Positions 10,235 through 19,976 of a DNA stretch of 63,397 nucleotides are shown here, one piece after another. The notes beneath the pieces are model-generated. The model had not been told where the DNA came from, did no database searches, and was given only the letters and a program-made list of their open reading frames with translations. Source of the stretch: an uncultured virus (IMG/VR IMGVR_UViG_3300018411_000016) (Duplodnaviria; Heunggongvirae; Uroviricota; Caudoviricetes); the IMG/VR virus record IMGVR_UViG_3300018411_000016, one strand, 5' to 3'. A program made the position numbers and the translations under genes. The first letter of the stretch is position 1, and the number at the start of each line of letters is the position of its first letter.

Positions 10235-10390
10235 CTAACCACTCCTTTCTTTTAATTAACCATATTTTATTTATAATTTTTTAATTTGTTTTAGTTTGTC
10301 ATATGTATCAGATTTTCTTAAAAATTCAATTTCCAAAACCCTTGATTTTAGGGCGTTTCAGCCTGTCTAATTTCTTGTAAAATCTTACTT

Positions 10391-11509
10391 TTACTCAAAT
10401 ATTTGGTGACAAGTAATACTCATACTACTACTGGCATCAAATGGAATATTAATACTATCTAAAACACACGTATATTTTTGACCATTATCCTCAACTACTA
10501 CCACTTTATTAACATCATTTAATATATATATGGGAAACGTATCAATTGTAAAAACCCTTGACATATTCTGCACTTGTTCCATTTCATACTCACATCTAAG
10601 TTTACATTGTTCTATTGTTGTATAATCATCTTCTGATATACAATTTCTTCTTTCTCTAATGTTGTCTATTGAAAATATGTTATCAACACCTTCAATTTTT
10701 AACTCGTACTTAGGCTGTATTCCAGTATCATCATTCACAGCACCTAATACTTTAATGTGATTTTTAATACTGTCATAGTCTGTAACTATACTTCTTGAAA
10801 TGGTTAAATTTTTGTCTCCACTAAACTCCCACAATACAGAGTCGGTTAATTTATTTTTAGTCTTTTCAAATACTAAATAACCATCAATATTATAATAGAT
10901 GTGGTAATTCATATATAAATTAACAATGTCCTTTAATGTGCTATCTATGTCATCTGTTGCAGATACTTGAATTTCATATGGAACAGTATATGTAGTTTCT
11001 TCAATCAATAATTTGGTTTCGTCTATTAATGCTGCCAATGCTTTTATCGCTTCGTGTACTGGTGTGTTCGCTGAAATAATACATTCATCCATAAATGGCT
11101 GTTCAAACAAAATCATTTTGTCTGAACCATCTATACTAATAGTTCTGCCATCTAAACCAACAGAAGTTTCTGGATTAGATAAAACAAATATACCCATATT
11201 AAACCAAACAATATCACCATTATATTTCTCAATACCTAGATAAAACTTTAATCTTTTATTTATCCATAGTAAACTTGTTTGATTTATTTCTAACTTGCTA
11301 TCAGCCACAAAAGTAGCACTAATTGTTCTACGTACCATATTGGATACATCTATGGATATACTTCCATCTGTACAATATCCAGTTATTTCCCCGACAATAT
11401 TATCAGACATATTAAGGACTTCTATTTTTGTATGAGTAACTCTTGTTTGTTGCAACATTAAATTCACAAGCGAGGTATAAGTTAAACTATCAGAAATCAT
11501 TTCAGCCAT
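10391..11509 (-). CDS. Tail hub protein (DUF5048/YomG-like)
   Basis: GSISID...VRRT...WFNMGIF...DKM pattern typical of siphophage hub proteins. Confidence 0.6.
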   Translation of the reverse strand: MAEMISDSLTYTSLVNLMLQQTRVTHTKIEVLNMSDNIVGEITGYCTDGSISIDVSNMVRRTISATFVADSKLEINQTSLLWINKRLKFYLGIEKYNGDIVWFNMGIFVLSNPETSVGLDGRTISIDGSDKMILFEQPFMDECIISANTPVHEAIKALAALIDETKLLIEETTYTVPYEIQVSATDDIDSTLKDIVNLYMNYHIYYNIDGYLVFEKTKNKLTDSVLWEFSGDKNLTISRSIVTDYDSIKNHIKVLGAVNDDTGIQPKYELKIEGVDNIFSIDNIRERRNCISEDDYTTIEQCKLRCEYEMEQVQNMSRVFTIDTFPIYILNDVNKVVVVEDNGQKYTCVLDSINIPFDASSSMSITCHQIFE

Positions 11510-11523
11510 TCTATCACCTCACT

Positions 11524-12013
11524 CTATATCGCATTCTCTGGTAACAATCCATTCTTAACTAAATCTTCTGTTAATGTAGCATTCCCGATTTCCACCCAAT
11601 CAAAAGAGATTGTACATATTCCACCCTTAAATCCATCTTTAGAACTCTCTGATACGTTCTTTGTTATAACTATTTTCTTAACTCCGTTACCATCTTTCAT
11701 TACTTTTGGCTTTCTATTTCTTAAAAACTTTACTACTTTATCAATAAGCTTTCTGTCTCCTAGATAGTCAACATTGACACCATCTTTACCCGTTTTATCT
11801 GCAACAATTACCGCTGAATTGCTACCAGTATCATACTCAAGAATAGTTGAATTTGTCATAGGATATTGTCTTTCTAAAAGTTCTATCTCACTGATATTGT
11901 TTATATGACTTATATCTCCATATTCAACATCATAAAATAATCTATAACTTTCATCGCTATCTACTATCCACAAGCCATCATATTCACATTCTATAGAATT
12001 AACTACAGCATCA
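11524..12013 (-). CDS. Tail/baseplate protein, exon 2
   Basis: Frame stays open upstream of 11973 (DAVVNSIECEYDGLW). Joined to exon 1 it gives GIEG-DAVV and a 299-aa protein. Confidence 0.75.
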
Positions 12014-12015
12014 CC

Positions 12016-12188
12016 GTAACATAAAAGTTATAAAACTTTATAAACATCACATAATTAACTTTTACACTTCTTATTTCATCGTGTTCTCTTTTGTCAATAA
12101 ATATGACTACTCGAGTTGGTATAACACTCCATAAGCGTAAATTCCAGCATACGGTTGCTGTACACATCTAATTGGTAGTTTAAGTTAC
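12016..12188 (-). ncRNA. TnpB omega-RNA / IStron 3' end
   Basis: Non-coding segment after tnpB (GTAC...GGAATTTACGCTTATGGAGTG) running to the right end. Confidence 0.6.
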
Positions 12189-13337
12189 TCAATTAGATTG
12201 TGTCTTATAATTCTTTAAATTCAAAGCTGCATTATAGTCCCTGTCTATAACTAATCCACATTCTGGGCATATATAAGTTCTATCTGATAATTTCAAATCT
12301 TTCTTAATATGACCACAGCATGAGCAAGTTTTAGATGAGGGATACCATCTATTAGCTATCACCAATTCAACACCATTCCATTTACATTTATATTCCAATT
12401 GTCGTCTGAACTCATAAAACCCCTGTTCAGATACGGCTTTAGATAAATGTTTATTCTTCATCATTCCTGATACATTCAAATCCTCTATTATTATTTTTGA
12501 TGGATTTTTCTTAATCAGTGATGAAGTAATATTATGAATTTGATTTAGCCTAATATTAGAAATGTGTAAACGCAACTTTGAAATTTTACTTTCTAGTTTT
12601 CTTAAATTATTTGATTTTCTTAATTTCTGGAACTTGATTTTCGTATCCATACTCTCTTTTATTAAAACCAAATATTGTTTACTTGCTCTTTTTTGAAATC
12701 TTCTTAATCTTTTCTGAATTTTCTTTGAGTTTGCGTGTTTGAAATTTTCTCCATTAGAACAGGTTGCGAATGTCTTCAACCCTAAATCAATCCCTATTGG
12801 TTCAGTTTTAGGTTGATTTTGAATAATATCTGGAACTTTTACACTAACACTAAACCAAAAATCAATTCCATCATAAGATAAGTGATAATTGCAATAATCA
12901 ACATTATCTCCTAATGGAATATTATGTTTATAAGTTGGCATCCAGCCTAATTTTTCACATCTAATTCTTTTTGGTTCTATTATTGTAGTTCCCTCATGTG
13001 TGGCACAAGACATTTTGCTGAATTTTCTGGACTTAAATTTAGGATATTTACTTTGATGTTTGAAAAACCTATCATAAGCTTCAGCCGCATCAAGGATAGC
13101 AGTTTTAGTTGCCCTACCAGAAATATCTTTTAACCAAATATTGTCCTCTTCTTTTTTAAATAAAGTAAATTGTTTAGTTAGATTATATCCTGATATGAAT
13201 TTTCCACCATTCTTATAGTTCTCTTGCTCTTTGGCAATCGCCCAATTATAAGCAAATCTAGCAGCGTGGCAAAACCGTATTATCTTTGATTGCTGTTCTT
13301 TGTTTGGATAAATTTTAACTCTATAACCTTTATACAA
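12189..13337 (-). CDS. tnpB: TnpB RNA-guided endonuclease
   Basis: N-terminal HTH (YRVKIYPNKEQ), GIDLG, IEDL, CSCC...CPEC zinc finger, DRDYNAA. Confidence 0.95.
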   Translation of the reverse strand: MYKGYRVKIYPNKEQQSKIIRFCHAARFAYNWAIAKEQENYKNGGKFISGYNLTKQFTLFKKEEDNIWLKDISGRATKTAILDAAEAYDRFFKHQSKYPKFKSRKFSKMSCATHEGTTIIEPKRIRCEKLGWMPTYKHNIPLGDNVDYCNYHLSYDGIDFWFSVSVKVPDIIQNQPKTEPIGIDLGLKTFATCSNGENFKHANSKKIQKRLRRFQKRASKQYLVLIKESMDTKIKFQKLRKSNNLRKLESKISKLRLHISNIRLNQIHNITSSLIKKNPSKIIIEDLNVSGMMKNKHLSKAVSEQGFYEFRRQLEYKCKWNGVELVIANRWYPSSKTCSCCGHIKKDLKLSDRTYICPECGLVIDRDYNAALNLKNYKTQSN

Positions 13338-13354
13338 TTTAATTCACCCGTTTC

Positions 13355-13576
13355 TTACATCTCTTCTATGTATTCAATCAAGTTCTCTACTTCAACCATA
13401 ACATCATTTTCTTTTATCACATCAGCTATTTCTATTATGCCATCTAAAACATTTAGCATCTTATCCCTCATATCAGGTATAATGAATAGTGTTTCTAATA
13501 AAGCAGATGAAATTGTTATGTATGTATTGGATTGCTCGGTTGCTTGTTCTGTTTGCTTGTTTGATTGATTAGTCAT
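13355..13576 (-). CDS. Small acidic protein, LLET family copy 2
   Basis: Paralogue of 5070-5291 with an identical leader TTAGTCATATTAATCTCTCCTTTGTATTATGGTT. Confidence 0.75.
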   Translation of the reverse strand: MTNQSNKQTEQATEQSNTYITISSALLETLFIIPDMRDKMLNVLDGIIEIADVIKENDVMVEVENLIEYIEEM

Positions 13577-13732
13577 ATTAATCTCTCCTTTGTATTATGG
13601 TTTCTAGTTGTTTCTAACTGTTACTAACCATAATATAACATATTAGTTTCTAACTGTCAATATATTTTTCTAAAAATTATTTACTTTTTTCAAAATATAT
13701 AGTACAATACAAATATAAAGGAGGCTGATAGT

Positions 13733-13888
13733 ATGCCAATAAATAAAGATAAACAAGTTTCCGCTTCTGTTATCTTAGATAAAAAGATTTACGATGAATT
13801 TAAGAAAATTTGTTCAATAGAAAAACGAAGTGTGTCTTCTCAGATTTCTCTGTTAATTGAAAATTTTATCAAGAATTACAATATTTAA
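13733..13888 (+). CDS. CopG/Arc-like ribbon-helix-helix protein (51 aa)
   Basis: Not in ORF track. AGGAGG RBS; MPINKDKQVSASVILDKK...EKRSVSSQISLLIE; GTTTCTAAC repeats upstream. Confidence 0.75.
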   Translation: MPINKDKQVSASVILDKKIYDEFKKICSIEKRSVSSQISLLIENFIKNYNI

Positions 13889-14014
13889 TTTTCCGTATAT
13901 ATATACCACATACCAAAGTGATATATATATTTTAATTATGTTTAATTTATTTTATATAACTTTTATGAATTTATTTATGTTCGCAAAACATAAACGCAAT
14001 TTCTGTCACCATAA

Positions 14015-14463
14015 TTGCCACTCTCTTTCAAGACGTGCGTAGACTATTTGTTCATCCTTATTCAATATAAGGAGTCAGATTTTTCTTCCACCATTATCTA
14101 TTGTCATAGATTGCATTGTGGCTTTACTCTCCCATTAGGAGATAGTCGTTGAAAGTTCCTCATCGTCTTTACGTTAAGAGGAGTCTCTGCATGAACAGGG
14201 ATTATTAAAACACTTAGGACTATACTGCCTTGTATAGCTTTTATTTCACCTTATGTCATCCTTACGTTTTTTCTACTTTCGTACCATTACCGTATTAGTT
14301 TTCACTATCCGTTTTGGCGTAAGGCTTTACCCATTACCTGCATTTAACCTGAAACACTCACCAGTTACCTGATAAGCGAGGCTTTCTGTTAGCTGGCATT
14401 TAAAACTTATAAATATTGTTAAGTTTTATAACATTTTATAAGTTATTGCTAACAGATTTGTTA
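14015..14463 (-). ncRNA. Group I intron catalytic core of the IStron
   Basis: P (TAAATGCAGGTAA), Q (CATGCAG), R (TTCAACGACTA, about 14143-14153), S (ATAGTCT, 14041-14047). Confidence 0.85.
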
Positions 14464-14873
14464 CCCTCAATTCCCTGTGATACAGGAAATACAGCATACT
14501 CATAATCATCTAAGCTATAAGCAAGTCTGTCTACAACTGTATATAATTTAACTTCTCTGCTATATGTCATTTCCTCAATAAAAATCCAGTCCAAATCACC
14601 CTTTAGCCGTTTTTTAAACCTAACTAATTCTATTTCGGTGTCTGCTTGCTGAATATTGCCACATTCAAACGTGTTGTCAAAAGTAGCAAGAAAGATTGTA
14701 TTCGTTCCCCATTCTTTTTTGACTGTTGAATATGTCATAGTAGCATCATTATCAGCAAAAATTTCATCATATATACCTTTGTTAAACCTCACATAATTAA
14801 AAGCATATGGTGATAATCGTGTATCAAATTGGCTATCAGGCATACCACCAAAATTGTCATATCCTATAATCAT
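14464..14873 (-). CDS. Tail/baseplate protein, exon 1
   Basis: FN3-like YEYAVFPV ending at ...GIEG, which continues in exon 2. Confidence 0.75.
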
Positions 14874-14902
14874 TTTTTCACTTCCTGTCTACCATACAAA
14901 TT

Positions 14903-15358
14903 TTAGTCTTGCATTTCTTTTTCTTGCCACTTCTCATAATATTTTTTGATAGTTAGAAACTCCTCATCTAAAACACCATTTGTAAGTTTCCTATTATCCA
15001 AAATCTTATGGTATTTTTCATTTATTTCGATAATATGCAAAAAATCATCTTTTGTATGTTCTAAACCTTGTCTACATAAATTAGCAAAACTTAATATTTC
15101 ATGTCTAATTCTTGATATTTCATTTTCATCTACTTTAAAACTAATATCTTGTACTTCTTTTTCAATGGAATTAATTTTCTCGTTTAATTCTTTGTTTAAT
15201 CTTTTCCCTATCCACCCTAATATATCACTAAGTGGATTAATTTTAATTGGTGAAATTTCAACAAACACACCCACTACCGCCAACAAGGGAATAAATCCAC
15301 TTATTAAATTCCAACTATTTTTTATAATCTCCAACAGCCACCGCCACCTTTTCCTCAA
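14903..15358 (-). CDS. Membrane protein, holin-like
   Basis: TM segment then EISPIKINP and IRHEILSFA motifs common in Firmicute phage lysis regions. Confidence 0.55.
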   Translation of the reverse strand: MRKRWRWLLEIIKNSWNLISGFIPLLAVVGVFVEISPIKINPLSDILGWIGKRLNKELNEKINSIEKEVQDISFKVDENEISRIRHEILSFANLCRQGLEHTKDDFLHIIEINEKYHKILDNRKLTNGVLDEEFLTIKKYYEKWQEKEMQD

Positions 15359-15424
15359 TTATTTAAAAGAAAAGAGGACGGAGTACCGCCCTCATAATGC
15401 TTTATGTAATTCATTTAATGTATT

Positions 15425-15586
15425 TTATTCTGTAATGACTGGCTTGCCGTCTGCATCTAAACCAAGTGCTGTAAGTTCTACTAGGACTAACGCTCTATAT
15501 CTTGTTGGTACGAGTATTACAGTTGTGTTTTCTGGATTACAAGTTCTTCTTCCTGCTATTACTAAAGCCACGTACATATCTACCAT
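15425..15586 (-). CDS. CD1375-like small phage protein
   Basis: MVDMYVALVIAGRRTC...VPTRYR; GAAGGA RBS. Confidence 0.7.
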   Translation of the reverse strand: MVDMYVALVIAGRRTCNPENTTVILVPTRYRALVLVELTALGLDADGKPVITE

Positions 15587-15683
15587 ATCTACATTCCTTC
15601 TTTCGTTTAATATACTTACATCTGTTAACAATAAAACTTTGGTTATGAAAATAAATAATAATAAAAGACCACAAAAGATAGTC

Positions 15684-15836
15684 TTATATTCTATACCCAT
15701 TGATGTCAAATCCCCTTTCAGAAAGTAATAAAATTACATCTGCTCGATATTTTATTGGTACTTGAACAACTGTTAAATTTGTTTCATCACAAGTTCGTTT
15801 TTGATTAATTACCAAATTATAATATAGTTCTATCAC
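15684..15836 (-). CDS. CD1375-like small phage protein (paralogue)
   Basis: Not in ORF track. MIELYYNLVINQKRTC...VPIKYR; GTGA overlap with the upstream stop. Confidence 0.7.
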   Translation of the reverse strand: MIELYYNLVINQKRTCDETNLTVVQVPIKYRADVILLLSERGFDINGYRI

Positions 15837-16270
15837 GCAGTAACCGCCTCCTGTATAGCTAAAATTGACTCAAAAATTGTTGCTTGAATTTCCATAGCAT
15901 TTATTTCATTAGCTAATCTATTTTCTTCTGTTGTAGCTAATGCGTCCATTATAATCAATTGCATTTCACCTATTTCATTGTTTGTTTTTTGTTCTATTGC
16001 AATTGGCAAATTATTAATATCTACCTGTATTTCTTCTGCTGTTCTTTCTGCTACAGCCCCATCAACATATTTGTAAATATAAATTGAGGTTGATTGTCGC
16101 ATTTCACAAAGTGGCTTGCCTAAATAATTATTTTGAGCGTATTCAAATCTATCTCCTATTCCCTCATCAATTTGCAACCAATCTGTAGTATAAGTTATAA
16201 ATTTTGATGAGTTAATTTCTGTGACACAATTGTTTGAATTGATTTTTATGTAAACCTTTAGGTTCTCCAT
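15833..16270 (-). CDS. Tail fibre assembly-like protein
   Basis: KVYIK...INSS...QIDEGIGDR..AQNNY; follows the fibre gene. Confidence 0.6.
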   Translation of the reverse strand: MENLKVYIKINSNNCVTEINSSKFITYTTDWLQIDEGIGDRFEYAQNNYLGKPLCEMRQSTSIYIYKYVDGAVAERTAEEIQVDINNLPIAIEQKTNNEIGEMQLIIMDALATTEENRLANEINAMEIQATIFESILAIQEAVTA

Positions 16271-16287
16271 TGTATTTTCATTCCCTT

Positions 16288-17337
16288 CTAAAGTTCTGCA
16301 TGTGCATCAAAAGTTATAGTATACCAATGCCCCACAGTAAAATTGCCAGTTGCAAAGGTTACGTTGTATATGGCATTTATTCCATCTGCACCGCTCTGCA
16401 CAGTAAACCCCGTTGCCACTAGAACCTCACCGTTTACATTAGAACGGAAAGTTAAATTTGTAAGCGTTGGTGTGATTCTCATGCTTGTAGGAAATAAAAT
16501 GTTACCAGTTAATGTTGTTGTCGCTATTGCAACCATAGCGTAGGGTGAGGAGAGTACAAATTTCTGCGTATAGAAATATCTTCTACACAATGCCAATTCT
16601 TCACCATATGGTCTAGGCACAAAAGGTGTTGCTACAGAGCCAAGTTCAAGTTTTGCCCATGATGGGGTAATTGTTGTGGTTTTCATTTGCACAATCACAC
16701 TTGTATATCCGTTAATCATCGCTACAATAATACCGTCTCCTGTTATAAATTCGTTATTTGCGGACGGTGCTATACCAGTAACTACATGTACTATGCCGTC
16801 TATTTCAGCACTAAAAGTTACAGTTTTCCCTTTTAAATCTTCTTCCAACATTTGGTAGAACCATTGTCCCTCTGTGCTCGAAGTTAATGATACCCCATTT
16901 ACACCTAGCGTTAATGTCCCGCTTGATACTCTCCAACCATCTATTGTATATGCAAATCCCGAAGTTGGTACTGTGTATGTGTTTAATCCTCTTTGGTTTA
17001 TGGGCTTTTTAAAATTAGCATTTCTAAGTAGGTTAGGATTACTAAACACCCCCTTTGCCCATGTTTTTGAATCAGCGATAGCTTCGGTTTTAGCTGTAGC
17101 TATTTTTGTATCAGTTTCCGTTTCGGTGTAATATCTGTCATCATGATTATGGTTATAAGTGGTCAAAAAGCCAGCATCATTTACCAATTCTGAAGTCTTA
17201 CTTGGATAGGCAGGCAGACTGATTACTCCGTCAACATGAGAATAATCAACTTCACCCAACTTCACGCTAGTTGTTAATCCATCTGCACCTGTATCCCCTT
17301 TGTCCCCCTTAACTCTTCCTAAATTTATTTCTGCCAT
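16288..17337 (-). CDS. Tail fibre / receptor-binding protein
   Basis: Collagen-like KGDKGD, HNHDDRYYTETE, SNPNLL, KLELGSVATPF...ELALCRRYF. Confidence 0.8.
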   Translation of the reverse strand: MAEINLGRVKGDKGDTGADGLTTSVKLGEVDYSHVDGVISLPAYPSKTSELVNDAGFLTTYNHNHDDRYYTETETDTKIATAKTEAIADSKTWAKGVFSNPNLLRNANFKKPINQRGLNTYTVPTSGFAYTIDGWRVSSGTLTLGVNGVSLTSSTEGQWFYQMLEEDLKGKTVTFSAEIDGIVHVVTGIAPSANNEFITGDGIIVAMINGYTSVIVQMKTTTITPSWAKLELGSVATPFVPRPYGEELALCRRYFYTQKFVLSSPYAMVAIATTTLTGNILFPTSMRITPTLTNLTFRSNVNGEVLVATGFTVQSGADGINAIYNVTFATGNFTVGHWYTITFDAHAEL

Positions 17338-17362
17338 TTACTCACTCCTTTATTCATTTAAT

Positions 17363-18460
17363 TTATATTGTTAGAATTAATTCACCGCTTGTATTTATAG
17401 CTAGATTAGGTGCTACTCCATCATCGGCATATCTGACATATAAATTACCATCTGTTTTAACATCAAAATAGTAATAACCAGATGCTTCAACTACTGCAAC
17501 TCCACCACTTACCAAACTATCTACTTCTGTCTTTGTGTAAACGTCAGACTTGATTAATTCATTAGTGTCAGTAGGAATTGTGGGAAGGTCTGTTATTTGA
17601 GATTTTGTATGTGTATGTACAAGAGGAGCATAAGGATGTGTATGATTTCCTTTATCATAAGCTATTTTTACGGAATTACTACTAGCAGCAGTATCAAAAC
17701 TCGTAGATGTAACACTGTCTAAAATGACTGTTTTATTAGCTTGTTCTTCTATACCATCTAATTTAATTTTATTTGCCGAACTCATTAATCCATCTGTTGT
17801 GTCTGTAGCTGTACTATAAGTTGTATCTGTAAATACTGCCCCACTTGGAACGTCTGTCAAGACACGAGAACTATCAACTTTATTACTGACTGTGTTCCAT
17901 AATGTTCTTTCATCTGAAGATATATGCTTTATGGTATCCGAAACGTGAGTATAAGCAGCATTCCAATTATCTAATAAAGATTGAGTAATACTATCGAGAA
18001 TAGTCTTATTGGCGTGTGCATGTAGCTCAGTATGAGTATGAGTTGTACTAGATTTGCCGTCTAATGCAGTTTGAGTAGCCGTACTAATCGGCTTGCTTAA
18101 ATCAGATGTATTATTTACATTTCCTAACCCAACGTCACTTTTTGATAAAACTACATCCCCTGTTCTTCCTGAAACAGAAGTAACACTACCTGTTCCACCT
18201 CCACCACTACTAACAATATCTACATATAATTTCTTATAATTATTATTCGGTGCTATTACTCTTACAACTGCACCAGCTAAAACTTCAGCAACGCAAGAAC
18301 AGTTATAAGAAATTTCGTCTATTTCTACTACCGCCGTCCCATTTGCATATGAAATTACTTTTCCGTATAATGTTTTATCATACTTTAAATTACTCATAAA
18401 TATCTTAATTCTAGTATCTATAGCATCTATTATTGCTTGTTGAAAACTTACGTCACCCAT
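17363..18460 (-). CDS. Tail fibre protein
   Basis: VTSVSGRTGDVVL, DVGLGNVNNTSD, DGLMSS..K.KLDGI and HTH repeats. Confidence 0.75.
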   Translation of the reverse strand: MGDVSFQQAIIDAIDTRIKIFMSNLKYDKTLYGKVISYANGTAVVEIDEISYNCSCVAEVLAGAVVRVIAPNNNYKKLYVDIVSSGGGGTGSVTSVSGRTGDVVLSKSDVGLGNVNNTSDLSKPISTATQTALDGKSSTTHTHTELHAHANKTILDSITQSLLDNWNAAYTHVSDTIKHISSDERTLWNTVSNKVDSSRVLTDVPSGAVFTDTTYSTATDTTDGLMSSANKIKLDGIEEQANKTVILDSVTSTSFDTAASSNSVKIAYDKGNHTHPYAPLVHTHTKSQITDLPTIPTDTNELIKSDVYTKTEVDSLVSGGVAVVEASGYYYFDVKTDGNLYVRYADDGVAPNLAINTSGELILTI

Positions 18461-18471
18461 TTAATCACCAC

Positions 18472-19518
18472 CTATAATACTTCAGCGACTAAATCCATAC
18501 GCCTATTTATTTGTGTTATATACAGACTAAATGGACTGGTTCTGTAGCTACTATTAAATACTTCTGAAACATATTCCATTACAATTGTTCCCAACTTCTT
18601 TACAGCATGAAATCTACTATCAGTAACATCATAAAATACAGTCAAGCTATTTTCTATATTATTCACTGTATCCTTTAAAAGCAAAATATTCTCATAACAA
18701 GTATTAAACCATATCTGTATCACAAAGTTATTATTCAAGGTAAAAGAGTCATCCATATAAATATAGCTATTGTCATCTTGAATATTAATTGCATTATTTA
18801 CAAAGCTTGTATTTCCGATAACCTTAAAGATTAGCTGTCTAATATCTGACTCAATAGTAACCGAAGCTGTACTTGCATCGTTTATAAGATTTATGACCTG
18901 TCTTATTCGTGGAGACTGATAATCAACATAAAAAGATATTAAATTGCTTGAAGTTTGTACATCATTCTGGTCAACACAAACTAATTTAACCTTGTACCAT
19001 GTTTCATTGCTCAGCATAACTATTGCCTGATATAGAGTGCCAGTTTGCTGATAAGTTATAGGATATTGTTTAATTATATTTCCAGTGCTATCATAGAATA
19101 TATAGTAATATCCCTTTAAAGCAATACTTTGAGTCTGTGTGTATGTTCCTTCAAATATGAACTGTTGATTTTTTACTTTATAAATGCTATCCTCGTAAGT
19201 CAAATTATTAATTGTAACTGTTGCAGTAGAATAACATTTCAAAATCATATAATCTGAATAGTTACTATAGTTTGTTCCATCAGTTGTTTTAACTCTTATT
19301 CTATATTCAACACCATTAGTTAAAGTGTCTGCTGTTAAAGAAATTATTGAAGCTGTAGAAACAACACTTACAGTTGCCACAACCGCTAAAGTTGAATTGT
19401 TCGTTATTTCATATGTATATCCTGTAAATTGGTCTCCACCTATAGTTACGAATGTAATCTTATTGTTTACATTTGCATCTATTACAGACATACTTGGTAG
19501 AATTGGTGTTACTAACAT
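18472..19518 (-). CDS. Tail protein with fibronectin III-like repeats
   Basis: LTNGVEYRIRV and LSNETWYKVKL motifs; downstream of the tape measure gene. Confidence 0.6.
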   Translation of the reverse strand: MLVTPILPSMSVIDANVNNKITFVTIGGDQFTGYTYEITNNSTLAVVATVSVVSTASIISLTADTLTNGVEYRIRVKTTDGTNYSNYSDYMILKCYSTATVTINNLTYEDSIYKVKNQQFIFEGTYTQTQSIALKGYYYIFYDSTGNIIKQYPITYQQTGTLYQAIVMLSNETWYKVKLVCVDQNDVQTSSNLISFYVDYQSPRIRQVINLINDASTASVTIESDIRQLIFKVIGNTSFVNNAINIQDDNSYIYMDDSFTLNNNFVIQIWFNTCYENILLLKDTVNNIENSLTVFYDVTDSRFHAVKKLGTIVMEYVSEVFNSSYRTSPFSLYITQINRRMDLVAEVL

Positions 19519-19590
19519 TTAATCACCGCCAATCTCTGTATACTAAAAAAGGATATGAAACTAATCACACCCTTTAATTATTTCTATTGT

Positions 19591-19755
19591 TTAATTTTCC
19601 AAGTTCTCAATTCTCTCAATTAAGTCTTCTATTTCTAATATTACGTCTATTTCTTGGTTCTCATATGCTACATCTTCAGCACCTCGAAGAATATTAAGTA
19701 GTTCTTCCTTTGCTTCAGGCATAATTGCTATTGTTTCTAATAATTCATTACTCAA
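19591..19755 (-). CDS. Small acidic protein, LLET family copy 3
   Basis: Not in ORF track. TTG start, MSNELLETIAIMPEAKEELLNILRG...IEDLIERIENLEN; TTGACA/TATAAT promoter at 19920-19947. Confidence 0.65.
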   Translation of the reverse strand: MSNELLETIAIMPEAKEELLNILRGAEDVAYENQEIDVILEIEDLIERIENLEN

Positions 19756-19976
19756 TACAAACACCTGCTTTGCTTGTAATTATATGTATTGTGTTTTTCA
19801 TTTTCATTTCTCCTTTGCAATTAAATTGATTATGATATTGTTTATTTAATTTATTTTGTAACTTTGAAAACTACACCACAAACCGCATAAGTCGTAAATA
19901 CAGCTTGTAGCATAGTTTCATTATATCACAAAGGAAAAATTTGTCAACATTTATTTTATTACTCGTTTAATTTATT

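Larger units (their letters stand above)
12014..14463 (-). mobile_element. IS607-type IStron (group I intron + RHH + LLET ORF + tnpB, no tnpA)
   Basis: GG at both junctions (gagGG|TAAC...GTTACGG|tgat); inverted subterminal repeats ATAAAA(T)GTTATAAAACTT; intron core TCAACGACTA / ATAGTC; removal restores the frame. Confidence 0.85.

Noticed and set aside
14946..15728. 260-aa + strand ORF and the other + strand ORFs overlapping structural genes
   Set aside because: Antisense shadows of well-supported - strand genes, with no RBS or recognisable motifs.
8814..18460. Diversity-generating retroelement or invertible shufflon acting on tail fibres
   Set aside because: No reverse transcriptase, no TR/VR repeat pair and no inverted fibre cassettes seen.
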